DNA of 62,514 bases, from positions 1-62,514 of the forward strand of contig VFLK01000008.1 in NCBI GenBank assembly GCA_009885085.1, written 5' to 3'. Under the pieces are notes generated by a model that worked only from the letters and a program-made list of their open reading frames with translations, ran no database searches and was not told the origin of the DNA. This DNA is from Minisyncoccota bacterium (lineage in GTDB: Bacteria > Patescibacteriota > Microgenomatia > UBA1400 > PJMF01). Shown here in pieces: positions 33,489-42,588 of this stretch. Within the stretch, counting starts at the first letter, position 1. Each line of letters opens with the position of its first letter. The translations under genes were made by a program, and so were the position numbers.

Positions 33489-35678
33489 ATGCCTGCAAAT
33501 CACACTATTTTAGAGCTTAGAACTGGTCGAGACAGCGAGCACACTCCTGAATCTGCTACTCAATTATTTGCATCAATTCCCAACCTTAGAAGTCAGTGGT
33601 ATTGGAAACTACTCAAAAAAGACGAGCGATTAAGTTTTGAGATTATTGTTGAAAATCAAACCATATATTTTCAAATGTATGTTCCAGATAGATTGACTAG
33701 TTACCTAAAAAGCATATTAAGAGCTAGTTATCCTGAAATTCTAATTAATAAAGTTGAGGACGACACCATAGATAGCTTTATCCTCCCTGCCGAAAACTAT
33801 GCCGAAGCCCAAAGTCACTTCTTTGAAATGGGAAGCATGAGGTTGATAAGACCAAATTATTTGCCACTCAAAACATACAAGGATTTCCACGACACCGATC
33901 CAATGTCGACAATTCTTTCTACCCTCTCGAAGCTCCAAGAATATGACCGAGCAGTCATCCAATATGTTTTTGATAAAAGCAATGAACACTGGAAATCTGG
34001 ATCTCCAAGCAGAATAGCAAATACTCAAAGTGAAGATTCACCTTTACAGATCCTAAGTGTACAAAAACAAAAAATCAATAAAAAACTCGACAGCCAATCG
34101 CTAAAAAGCGTCATTAGAATCGCAATCTCCTCAAATGACAAGGCAAGAAGTCGAATATTACTCGAGACAATCAACTCTTCATTCGATTCCGTTTCCGACA
34201 GCGAAGGCAATAGTTTGTCATTAAAAAGAAGATATATGTTTAAGAAGCGTTTTCTTAAAAATATGAAAACTCGGTCTTTTATGTCTTCTCCAAAGTTTCA
34301 TCTGTCTCTAGACGAAACTGCCACGATACTTCATATGCCAAATATGAAGCTTTCAACAATTCCAAATATTGCTTGGGGTAAAAATCTTTTGGGAGAACCA
34401 CCAGAAAATCTTCCTGTTATTACCAAAGACATGGATCCCGAATTAAAAGGCGACATCAATGCCTTTGGCAAAGCATACTATAAAAACAATGATGTGATTT
34501 ATGGCTTAAAACGGAACGATCGTAGAAGACATATGTATGTCATCGGTAAAACTGGTACAGGAAAATCTACCCTTCTAGCAAACATGGCCATCAATGATCT
34601 TAAAAATAATGAAGGCATGTGCGTCATTGACCCGCATGGAGATTTAATAGAGACTATTTTAAACTACATTCCATCAAGAAGAATCAATGACGTTATATAT
34701 TTTGATCCAAGTGAAAAAGACAGAACTGTTAAACTTAATTTATTTGAGGGCGAGAATGTAGCTCATAGAGAATTAATCGCTTCGGGAATTGTTTCTGTTT
34801 TTAAAAAACTTTATGGATATTCATGGGGTCCAAGACTTGAGTACATTTTGCGTAATTCCCTACTCACTTTGTTAAAAGTCGAACAAGCAAGACTTTCTGA
34901 CATTCTAGAACTACTAACTAACAAAAAATTCAGGGACAATATCGTCGAGAAATTAGATGATCCAATTTTAAAAAGCTTTTGGGTTGATGAATATAATAAG
35001 ATGCAAGATAGACAAAGAACCGAAGCTATCGCCTCTATTTTAAATAAAGTTGGTCAATTTGTGTCTTCACCAATCGTAAGAAATATTGTGAACGCTAGAA
35101 AAAGTTCCTTTAGTATTGAAGAAGCCATGAGCACTGGTAAAATCATTTTAGTCAATCTTTCTCAAGGAAAACTTGGAGAGGATAATGCCACTCTGCTCGG
35201 CTCAATGTTAATTACAAAAATTCAATTAGCTGCCATGGCAAGAGTAAATGTTCCCGAAGAAGAGAGAAAAGACTTCTATTTATACGTCGACGAGTTTCAA
35301 AATTTTGCCACAGAATCATTTAGCAAGATTCTTTCAGAGGCCAGAAAATATCGCCTCAATCTAACTCTGGCTAACCAATATATTGCGCAAATTCCAGAGG
35401 AAGTACAAAAAGCTATTTTTGGAAACTGCGGAAGTATGATTAGTTTTGTTATGGGTGCCGAAGATGCTCAAGTCTTTGCCAAAGAATATGGTGATCGGTA
35501 TACACCAGAAGATCTAGTTTCTCTAGAGAGACATCAAATAATCAATAAGCTTTCTATAGATAACATTGTTTCCAAACCATTTCCTGGCCTAACATTAGGT
35601 CTAGCAAAAAGCAGTAACAGTAATAAAGAAAAAGTTATTCAAGTAAGTAGCGAAAGATTTTCTAAAAAAACTGAGTAA
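33489..35678 (+). CDS. TraD/TraG/VirD4-family (type IV coupling protein-like) P-loop ATPase with an uncharacterised ~380-aa N-terminal domain
   Basis: Preferred start is ATG 33489 ('MPANHTILEL'), although the track ORF starts at 33390. Walker A 'VIGKTGTGKSTLL', 'CVIDPHGDL', Walker B region 'FYLYVDEFQNFAT', 'ARKYRLNLTLANQYIAQ'. Confidence 0.7.
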   Translation: MPANHTILELRTGRDSEHTPESATQLFASIPNLRSQWYWKLLKKDERLSFEIIVENQTIYFQMYVPDRLTSYLKSILRASYPEILINKVEDDTIDSFILPAENYAEAQSHFFEMGSMRLIRPNYLPLKTYKDFHDTDPMSTILSTLSKLQEYDRAVIQYVFDKSNEHWKSGSPSRIANTQSEDSPLQILSVQKQKINKKLDSQSLKSVIRIAISSNDKARSRILLETINSSFDSVSDSEGNSLSLKRRYMFKKRFLKNMKTRSFMSSPKFHLSLDETATILHMPNMKLSTIPNIAWGKNLLGEPPENLPVITKDMDPELKGDINAFGKAYYKNNDVIYGLKRNDRRRHMYVIGKTGTGKSTLLANMAINDLKNNEGMCVIDPHGDLIETILNYIPSRRINDVIYFDPSEKDRTVKLNLFEGENVAHRELIASGIVSVFKKLYGYSWGPRLEYILRNSLLTLLKVEQARLSDILELLTNKKFRDNIVEKLDDPILKSFWVDEYNKMQDRQRTEAIASILNKVGQFVSSPIVRNIVNARKSSFSIEEAMSTGKIILVNLSQGKLGEDNATLLGSMLITKIQLAAMARVNVPEEERKDFYLYVDEFQNFATESFSKILSEARKYRLNLTLANQYIAQIPEEVQKAIFGNCGSMISFVMGAEDAQVFAKEYGDRYTPEDLVSLERHQIINKLSIDNIVSKPFPGLTLGLAKSSNSNKEKVIQVSSERFSKKTE

Positions 35679-35680
35679 GT

Positions 35681-37060
35681 TTATTTTAATAAACCCAATT
35701 CCTTTAAAACATCTTTAATAGAAGAATGAGTCTTCTTTGAAATCACTTTATTGAAACCAAGCCTCTTAGCTTCTTTAATTCTTCTATCGAGTAAATTTAC
35801 TGATCTAATCTCACCCAAAAGTCCTATCTCACCAATAAAAACTGTTTTTTCTTTTATTGACTTATTTACTAATGAGCTAGTTATAGCTACTGCTAACCCC
35901 AAGTCTAGAGCTGGCTCCTTAACACTAAAGCCCCCTGCAACGCTAGCAAAAATATCATTGTTACTAAGCGGTAATTTGCAATGCTTTTCTAGGACAGCTG
36001 CTAAAACTTGAATTCTGGACAACATTATTCCTCGACCCACTCTTCTCGGCATAGCAAGCTGTGAGCTGACTACTAGACCCTGAATTTCAATTAATAATGG
36101 TCTCGTTCCTTCCATTACGCAAACAGTAGCGCTACCAGGCACACCAACATCAGAATGTTCTAAAAATATCTCACTTGGATTAGAAACTGATTCAAATCCA
36201 AAATCCCTCATTCGGAAAACTCCGACCTCGTCGGTCGCTCCAAAACGGTTTTTTACAGCTCTAAGTATTCTCAAGTCCCCTGTTCTATCGCCACTCAGCT
36301 CTAGTACTGAGTCAACAATGTGTTCAAGTACTTTTGGTCCTGAGATTGTTCCTTCTTTAGTTACATGACCCACTAGAAAGATTGGAATATTTAAACTTTT
36401 GGCTAGAGTCGTCAATCTTTCGGCACATTCGCGAACTTGTCCAACACTACCTGCGCTACCAGCCAAATCAAAAGTTGTCAGAGTTTGTATGCTATCTACT
36501 ACCACGACTACTGGCTTAATTTTTTTTATTGCCTTCGCAATTGAGTCAACGTTTGTAGATGAAATAAAAACCATGTTATCTTGATTATAATTATTTTCTT
36601 TTAATCTATTAATTCTAAGAGCAATTTGCGCTGGGTTTTCCTCACCACATACATACGCAATTTTATTATTAGAGATATCTCTATTTTTACTATTAGCCAA
36701 CATGCTAACAACAACCTGAGTCAACAATGTAGACTTACCAATTCCTGGCTCACCACCAATCAGCATTACAGCCCCATTAACCATGCCACGATTTGGCTCT
36801 TCTCCCCCCAAAACCCTATCGAACTCATCAATGAAAGTTGAAAGACGCGCTTTTGAGGATTCTAGAGCGTCGACTTGAGAAAGAGAAACAGTAAAATCTG
36901 AAATATCTTCGGATGATTTGATTTCTTTACCAGTCTTACTAACTTCGGACATTTCCTCTACCAAAGTATTCCAACTATTGCACCCCTGGCACTGTCCAAC
37001 CCAACGAAGGGCCGACCAGCCACAATTTTGACACACATATACGCTGGATTTTTTGGACAT
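35681..37060 (-). CDS. radA: DNA repair protein RadA/Sms
   Basis: Zn-finger 'CQNCGWSALRWVGQCQGCNSW'. Walker A 'GGEPGIGKSTLL'. 'KNRFG'. Lon-like C-terminal domain. Confidence 0.93.
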   Translation of the reverse strand: MSKKSSVYVCQNCGWSALRWVGQCQGCNSWNTLVEEMSEVSKTGKEIKSSEDISDFTVSLSQVDALESSKARLSTFIDEFDRVLGGEEPNRGMVNGAVMLIGGEPGIGKSTLLTQVVVSMLANSKNRDISNNKIAYVCGEENPAQIALRINRLKENNYNQDNMVFISSTNVDSIAKAIKKIKPVVVVVDSIQTLTTFDLAGSAGSVGQVRECAERLTTLAKSLNIPIFLVGHVTKEGTISGPKVLEHIVDSVLELSGDRTGDLRILRAVKNRFGATDEVGVFRMRDFGFESVSNPSEIFLEHSDVGVPGSATVCVMEGTRPLLIEIQGLVVSSQLAMPRRVGRGIMLSRIQVLAAVLEKHCKLPLSNNDIFASVAGGFSVKEPALDLGLAVAITSSLVNKSIKEKTVFIGEIGLLGEIRSVNLLDRRIKEAKRLGFNKVISKKTHSSIKDVLKELGLLK

Positions 37061-37602
37061 TAGGAATCTCCATTTATAATTTTTGTAGAAGATATTTCTG
37101 GATTCTGTTGATAAACAATTACTAACTCACCATCAACCATATTCATAATAATTTGCTTTTCATCCAAGTGAGCCGTGTGAGAAGAAACTGCTAAATACTT
37201 TGGCATAATGGTTTTAATCAACTTAAGGTGATCTTCTGACTTATTAAAATTATCAGGCAAAACAAAAATATTTTCCGTTATATTAAGTTTAAGCAAATTT
37301 TCAACTCTTATATCCTGATGATTAACAGGTCTTTGACTTCCTTTTATTGCTTTTACTCTTGAGTCGGACTCTACTCCAATTATTAAAACATCCCCAAGTT
37401 CTTTTGCCTTACTTAAAAAGTTTTGATGTTCAAAATGAAGAACATCAAAAACACCAGTGACCAAAACCACACATTTTGATTCGGCCTTACTAGTTTTAAT
37501 AGTTTCTAAAATATGTTTTGGTAAATCGGATGGAGAATTGGCTTGATTGCTTTGCACAGAAATCATTCTAACCTCCGACGCGATTGGGTACAAGTCATAC
37601 AA
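37060..37602 (-). CDS. Cytidylyltransferase-family nucleotidyltransferase (TagD / RfaE-domain-II-like)
   Basis: 'VLVTGVFDVLHFEHQNFLSKAKELGDVLIIGVESDSRV' is an HxGH-type motif variant. Its stop overlaps the radA start (TAATG). Confidence 0.6.
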   Translation of the reverse strand: MYDLYPIASEVRMISVQSNQANSPSDLPKHILETIKTSKAESKCVVLVTGVFDVLHFEHQNFLSKAKELGDVLIIGVESDSRVKAIKGSQRPVNHQDIRVENLLKLNITENIFVLPDNFNKSEDHLKLIKTIMPKYLAVSSHTAHLDEKQIIMNMVDGELVIVYQQNPEISSTKIINGDS

Positions 37603-38512
37603 TTACCTTATACTTTCTGAACCACCTTCCAAGAAGCTGCCTCTTGGTATCTCTTGGATGAAAAAATGCGAAATTCTTCTCAACCCTCTCACTCGTCATA
37701 TGAGGCTTCATATATAAATATTGAAGAATAAATAATATGCTATTAAGTCCATTAAGTACAAAATCTAAAAACAAGTTAATATTATTACTTTCAGTATCTA
37801 AAACTAGTGGAATAATTCTTTTTTGATAAATATAATAATTTGGAAGAATTTTTTTAGCCCACATATTTAGATTGAAAAATTTTCTCTTAGTATCTCCTCT
37901 GTCATATGCCCAGACAGCTTGGCAAATTTCAAACGCTCCATACACATTTTTTAATCTAACGGGTAGCTCCAATGACTCCTCATCAAGCCACAAGTTTAAA
38001 CACCACGTATTAGAGAATCTTCCATTCCAAGATCTTTTTCTTCCTTTTGAAAATACAATTAAAACGGCCAAAATTCTAGAAATCCAAAGCCTATTTTTTT
38101 GAGTAATTATCAGAAAATCTATGTCGTCATTCTCAATAACATTGTCAACCGCAAGAGATCCCGTTACCAGAATACCCTTTATCCAAGGAATATGCCTAGC
38201 AATACCAACAAACTCCCCAACTTCAATCCATTTTTTTTGCGAAAATGTTTTTCTTTTAATTCTTGTGTGTATATGTTTGGATGATCCTTTTAAAAAATAG
38301 AAGTCATTTTTGACAAATATTTTTCTTGCAATTACCATTTTAGATAACTCAAACTCCACGTCAGTTAAGGTCAATGAATTTCCTTGCCCCAAAATTCTTA
38401 AAAAAATTTCCTCTTTTTTTAGTGGATATTGAAATTGATCTGTGTATGAAAGAGATAGAATAATCTTATCGCTTAGGCCTTTTCGCATTATCCCATTATA
38501 AGCCCGAGACAT
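37595..38512 (-). CDS. Pol-beta-superfamily nucleotidyltransferase domain protein, function unknown
   Basis: 'GSLAVDNVIENDDIDFLIIT' is a GS..D.D NTase motif. Overlaps the downstream gene by 8 nt. Confidence 0.5.
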   Translation of the reverse strand: MSRAYNGIMRKGLSDKIILSLSYTDQFQYPLKKEEIFLRILGQGNSLTLTDVEFELSKMVIARKIFVKNDFYFLKGSSKHIHTRIKRKTFSQKKWIEVGEFVGIARHIPWIKGILVTGSLAVDNVIENDDIDFLIITQKNRLWISRILAVLIVFSKGRKRSWNGRFSNTWCLNLWLDEESLELPVRLKNVYGAFEICQAVWAYDRGDTKRKFFNLNMWAKKILPNYYIYQKRIIPLVLDTESNNINLFLDFVLNGLNSILFILQYLYMKPHMTSERVEKNFAFFHPRDTKRQLLGRWFRKYKVIV

Positions 38513-38524
38513 GCAGATTCAAGA

Positions 38525-40645
38525 CTACTTAGTGCTAATCCCGTATTGTTTGAGAACTTGCTTGGTGCCTTGTTCTATTGTGAGAAGAACATCATCGGCC
38601 TTTTCTCCTTCTAGCATAGCATTGATTCCATCTTCGTAGTATTTAATCATCTGATCATTAATACCATTGTCATGAGTGAAAGAATTTAAATACCAGTCCT
38701 GAGCATAAACCGCGTCATCAAGATATGAAGCGACAACTTCGTTGTCAACTAATTTCTCTGCCATACTTGCTTTTGGATAAATCTCTCCAAAAGGTCTAAC
38801 TTCGCTTGCCTTAGAATATAACTTCATTAGGTTTTCATCAGAGCTAATAAATCCAAGAAATTCTGCTGCGATTTCTTTATTTTTGCTACCTGCGTTAACT
38901 CCTTCTGCCCAATATGATCCCCAAGCAATTCTTTCATCTGATAATTGAGGCAAAGTCATAGTTTTAAATTTTAACTCCGGATTTTGAGCCGAAATATCAT
39001 GAGCTCTCCATGATGGAGCAAACATCATAGCCACATCACCTCTGGCAAATGCTATTGTAGAACTTGGCAACTTATCATTCCAAACTCCATCTTTTAGCAC
39101 AAAGTTTGTGTAAAATACCAATGCATCTCTAGTTTCTTGAGAATTTGGGTCAGCAAAGTTGGCTCCGTTTTGCAACATTAAAACAGCTAGTATATCTGAA
39201 AAATGATCTACATTCTTTGTATTTCCGATAGCAAGACCTGCTCTTTCTATACCATTTGCCGACTTAACAGTTAATTTTGTAGCCAATAACCTTAACTCTG
39301 CCCAAGTAGATGGTGGAGTTTCATTAGCAGATTCTAAAATATCAACATTATAAAAAAGGGCCAGGCCGTCATACATCAGTGGAACGCCAACATATTGTCC
39401 ACCGACTACTAACTGATCTGTAACGACTGGATAATAATTATCCTTAAATTCTTTTGAGGAAATTACACTAGTAGGAATTGGGAAAAGCGATGTTTTAAGC
39501 ATAGGAGTCCAAGAAGCGTGGAATCTAAATATATCCGGTCCTTCCTTCGTTCCCAAAGCAGTTTGCAACCTCTCTCTGTAATCTTTGTGAGATTGTTTTA
39601 CATAATTAATTTTTATTCCAGGATGCAATGTCTCAAAATCAGAAATTATTCCCTCGACGACTTCATTTGGTTCCCAAAGACCCCAATATGTTAATTCAGT
39701 CTGTTGTGCTGGAACCTCTGTTCTTTTGCCAGTTTCTCCAGAATTTACATTTGTTGTTCCTGTGTCAGTTGTATTCGATTCTTGTTTTGGAAGCGAGGAG
39801 GAACCTCCGCCAATAAATTTTGAATAAATAAAACCAACCAAACCTAATAAAATCATTCCGCCCACAATAAATGGAAGAAATTTTAAAACAGATTTATTTT
39901 CTTTGGCATATTTAGGTTTTGCTCCCCTAATATCTGAGCCTGAGTCCTTGCTCATTTGAGGCATTGGAGAAGATTTCTCCTGCAAAACTCTTGGCGAGGG
40001 GACGCTAGATCCCATTCCTTTTGGCAACTCTTCACCTCTCATCGCTTGAGGAATTGGCCTTCCTAAAACAGTTCTCTCTGGCATTTGAGCGTTGCCGGCT
40101 GGTTTTACCAAAGGGCCTTCTCCGGGTTTTAATGGAGCAACCATAGCTGCACCATTTTTTGATGATACATCTGGAATAGTATTACTACTCATTGATGACA
40201 AAGCACTTAAAGAAGTTGGAGGGAGAGTTATCTCATTATTTGGTTTAAGATTTGAAGCAGATTTTTGAGCCAATGGAATTCTTGATTTTGCAGCTGTTCC
40301 GTCGAATACTACCTCTTGCTTGCCATCTACTGGCTTGGTAATATCCATTGCTTTAGAAACTTCAGTTGGTTTGGCCAGATCCACTGGTTTTGAAACTCCG
40401 GTCGGGTTGGTAACTCCACCGGGACTGGTAGGATCCACCGGCTTAACGACAACACCCGAGCCGGCAATGTTCGTTGGTTTTATAGCTCCATCTGAGCCTG
40501 GGACAACAGTAGGCTTCACTTCTCCAGGCTGCTTGTTTGAAGCATCTCCCAAAGCTGAAGGTGGTGGCGTAGCAACCGTTGCTGAATTATTTTTATCATC
40601 GTTTTTTAGAATCTGGGATGGCTTTGGTAGTGGCTGATTATTCAT
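38525..40645 (-). CDS. ABC-transporter family-1 solute-binding protein (sugar type) with ~250-aa Pro-rich N-terminal region and TM anchor
   Basis: TM 'FLPFIVGGMILLGLVGFIY'. SBP-like 'LTYWGLWEPNEVVEGIISDFETLHPGIKINYV..GPDIFRFHASW'. No permease or ATPase genes nearby. Confidence 0.7.
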   Translation of the reverse strand: MNNQPLPKPSQILKNDDKNNSATVATPPPSALGDASNKQPGEVKPTVVPGSDGAIKPTNIAGSGVVVKPVDPTSPGGVTNPTGVSKPVDLAKPTEVSKAMDITKPVDGKQEVVFDGTAAKSRIPLAQKSASNLKPNNEITLPPTSLSALSSMSSNTIPDVSSKNGAAMVAPLKPGEGPLVKPAGNAQMPERTVLGRPIPQAMRGEELPKGMGSSVPSPRVLQEKSSPMPQMSKDSGSDIRGAKPKYAKENKSVLKFLPFIVGGMILLGLVGFIYSKFIGGGSSSLPKQESNTTDTGTTNVNSGETGKRTEVPAQQTELTYWGLWEPNEVVEGIISDFETLHPGIKINYVKQSHKDYRERLQTALGTKEGPDIFRFHASWTPMLKTSLFPIPTSVISSKEFKDNYYPVVTDQLVVGGQYVGVPLMYDGLALFYNVDILESANETPPSTWAELRLLATKLTVKSANGIERAGLAIGNTKNVDHFSDILAVLMLQNGANFADPNSQETRDALVFYTNFVLKDGVWNDKLPSSTIAFARGDVAMMFAPSWRAHDISAQNPELKFKTMTLPQLSDERIAWGSYWAEGVNAGSKNKEIAAEFLGFISSDENLMKLYSKASEVRPFGEIYPKASMAEKLVDNEVVASYLDDAVYAQDWYLNSFTHDNGINDQMIKYYEDGINAMLEGEKADDVLLTIEQGTKQVLKQYGISTK

Positions 40646-40742
40646 AATATTCTATATCTAGTAATAAATCTACAGATTTGACAGAATAAGCTATACCAAC
40701 AAAAAATACGGCATGGTTTATTACATATATAATAATAGCATA

Positions 40743-42563
40743 ATGAAAAACACTTTGCCTCTAGGATCTTCACAGATTGCATTTCTGCTATTTATTGCGG
40801 GAGCTAGCTTTTTGGCATCTGGATTGTATTTAAATACCAATTTTTATGAGAAAAGAATCTATCCAAGAACATACATAGATAATGTTGATGTATCAGGACT
40901 ATCTACATCTGATGCCATAGAAATATTAAAAAGCAAACAAAATGAGGTTGAACCACACAATTTGGTATTAGCAGTTGATGACATAATGGTGGCTAGCTCG
41001 TCATCAGAATTAGGAGCACAAAACAACTATTCTGAATCTGTTAATTCTGCATACGCATCTACCAGAGACAGTTCTAAGTTAAAATCAGAATTGAACCTGG
41101 TCAAGTCATTTTTTAAAGACAATAATTTTTCTACAAAAACATCTTACGACGACGAGAAATTAAACAAACTAATATCTAATCTAGATCAAAGCGTTACTTT
41201 AAAAGGAGAAGATCCAGATGTATCTCTTAAAATATCTAATAATGAAAAATCAATAGTTGTTTTCAAAGGTGTTCCAGGAAGAGAAGTTGACCTTTTGGCT
41301 ACAAAAGAAAAAATTAAAGAAAGATCCAAAGAGAACACCTGGAATAGCGAAGGCAACGGGAGTATATTAAGCCTTCTGGTTGATGCTGAAATAGCTTCCA
41401 CTAGTACTGTTTTGACTGACGAACAAGCAAATTCTGAACTATTAAGAGCAAAAAAACTAGTTGGCAAATCCCTAGAATTCAAAGCAGAAAATAAAAAATT
41501 CTACTTCAACGATATAGAATTGATCGAGTTTCTGCAGCCTCTTGGAAAATATATCGACTCTAGCATGGATAAAACAATTTCCGTCTGGAGTGAAGACGTT
41601 AATAGAGAACCTCAAAATGCAGAATTTAAATATGACAAAGAAACCCTGAAAGTAGAAACATTTTTGCCCCACAAAGATGGATTAAAAATAAATATAGAAG
41701 CCACAAAAAAATTAATTTCCGAACAGATTGAGAATTTACTAAATTCTCAAGAAAAAGAAACAAATATTACGGAAGAAATCTCCCCAATTTTTGAGATACC
41801 TCTTGATAGAACTTCTCCAGAATTAACCCTAGAGAAAACCAATGATCTTGGCATTAATGAAAAAATTGGATTTGGAGAAAGCTATTATTTTCATTCTATA
41901 TTAAATAGAGTCCACAACGTAGGAATAACGGCCGAAAGAATTTCACTCACAATAGTTCCTCCCGGCCAGGAGTTTTCCTTTAATAAAACCCTAGGTGATG
42001 TTTCTGCTAGAACCGGATACCGTTCTGCATATGTTATATCTAACGGGAAAACAGTTCTTGGAGATGGCGGCGGAGTTTGTCAGGTTAGCAGTACTCTTTT
42101 TAGAGCAGTTCTGGATGCCGGACTCAAAGTCACCAAAAGACTTCAACACTCTTACAGAGTCTCGTATTATGAATTGAATTCACAACCTGGGTTTGACGCC
42201 ACAGTGTATGCAGGCAATATTGATTTTAAATTCGTCAACGATACTGAAAAATATATTTTAATTTATACTTATGTTGAATCTGATAATAGATATATGAATA
42301 TCGAAATATATGGGACAGATGACGGCAGAACGAGTGAGATATCTGATTATAAAAAGTGGGATTTCAGGGGTGCTCCAGCTTCTGAATACTTCCCTACTTC
42401 CGAGCTACCAGCCGGAGTTACCGAACAGATAGATTGGTCAGTATCAGGAATAAAAACTGAGTTTAAAAACACTATTAAAGATAAATTTGGAAATGTCATC
42501 AGCGAAGAAATTTATTATTCCAATTACAGACCATGGTCTGCCAAGTATATGAGGGGAATATAA
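40743..42563 (+). CDS. VanW-family protein with N-terminal TM anchor
   Basis: 'GGGVCQVSSTLFRAVLDAGLKVTKRLQHSYRVSYY' is the VanW core motif. Start ATG 40743 ('MKNTLPLG') is preferred over 40713. Confidence 0.8.
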   Translation: MKNTLPLGSSQIAFLLFIAGASFLASGLYLNTNFYEKRIYPRTYIDNVDVSGLSTSDAIEILKSKQNEVEPHNLVLAVDDIMVASSSSELGAQNNYSESVNSAYASTRDSSKLKSELNLVKSFFKDNNFSTKTSYDDEKLNKLISNLDQSVTLKGEDPDVSLKISNNEKSIVVFKGVPGREVDLLATKEKIKERSKENTWNSEGNGSILSLLVDAEIASTSTVLTDEQANSELLRAKKLVGKSLEFKAENKKFYFNDIELIEFLQPLGKYIDSSMDKTISVWSEDVNREPQNAEFKYDKETLKVETFLPHKDGLKINIEATKKLISEQIENLLNSQEKETNITEEISPIFEIPLDRTSPELTLEKTNDLGINEKIGFGESYYFHSILNRVHNVGITAERISLTIVPPGQEFSFNKTLGDVSARTGYRSAYVISNGKTVLGDGGGVCQVSSTLFRAVLDAGLKVTKRLQHSYRVSYYELNSQPGFDATVYAGNIDFKFVNDTEKYILIYTYVESDNRYMNIEIYGTDDGRTSEISDYKKWDFRGAPASEYFPTSELPAGVTEQIDWSVSGIKTEFKNTIKDKFGNVISEEIYYSNYRPWSAKYMRGI

Positions 42564-42588
42564 AAAAAGAATGTTATAATAACTTCCT

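Noticed and set aside
40320-40637. 105-aa Gly/Thr/Pro-rich ORF (+)
   Set aside because: It is the mirror frame of the Pro-rich N-terminal extension of the solute-binding protein gene.
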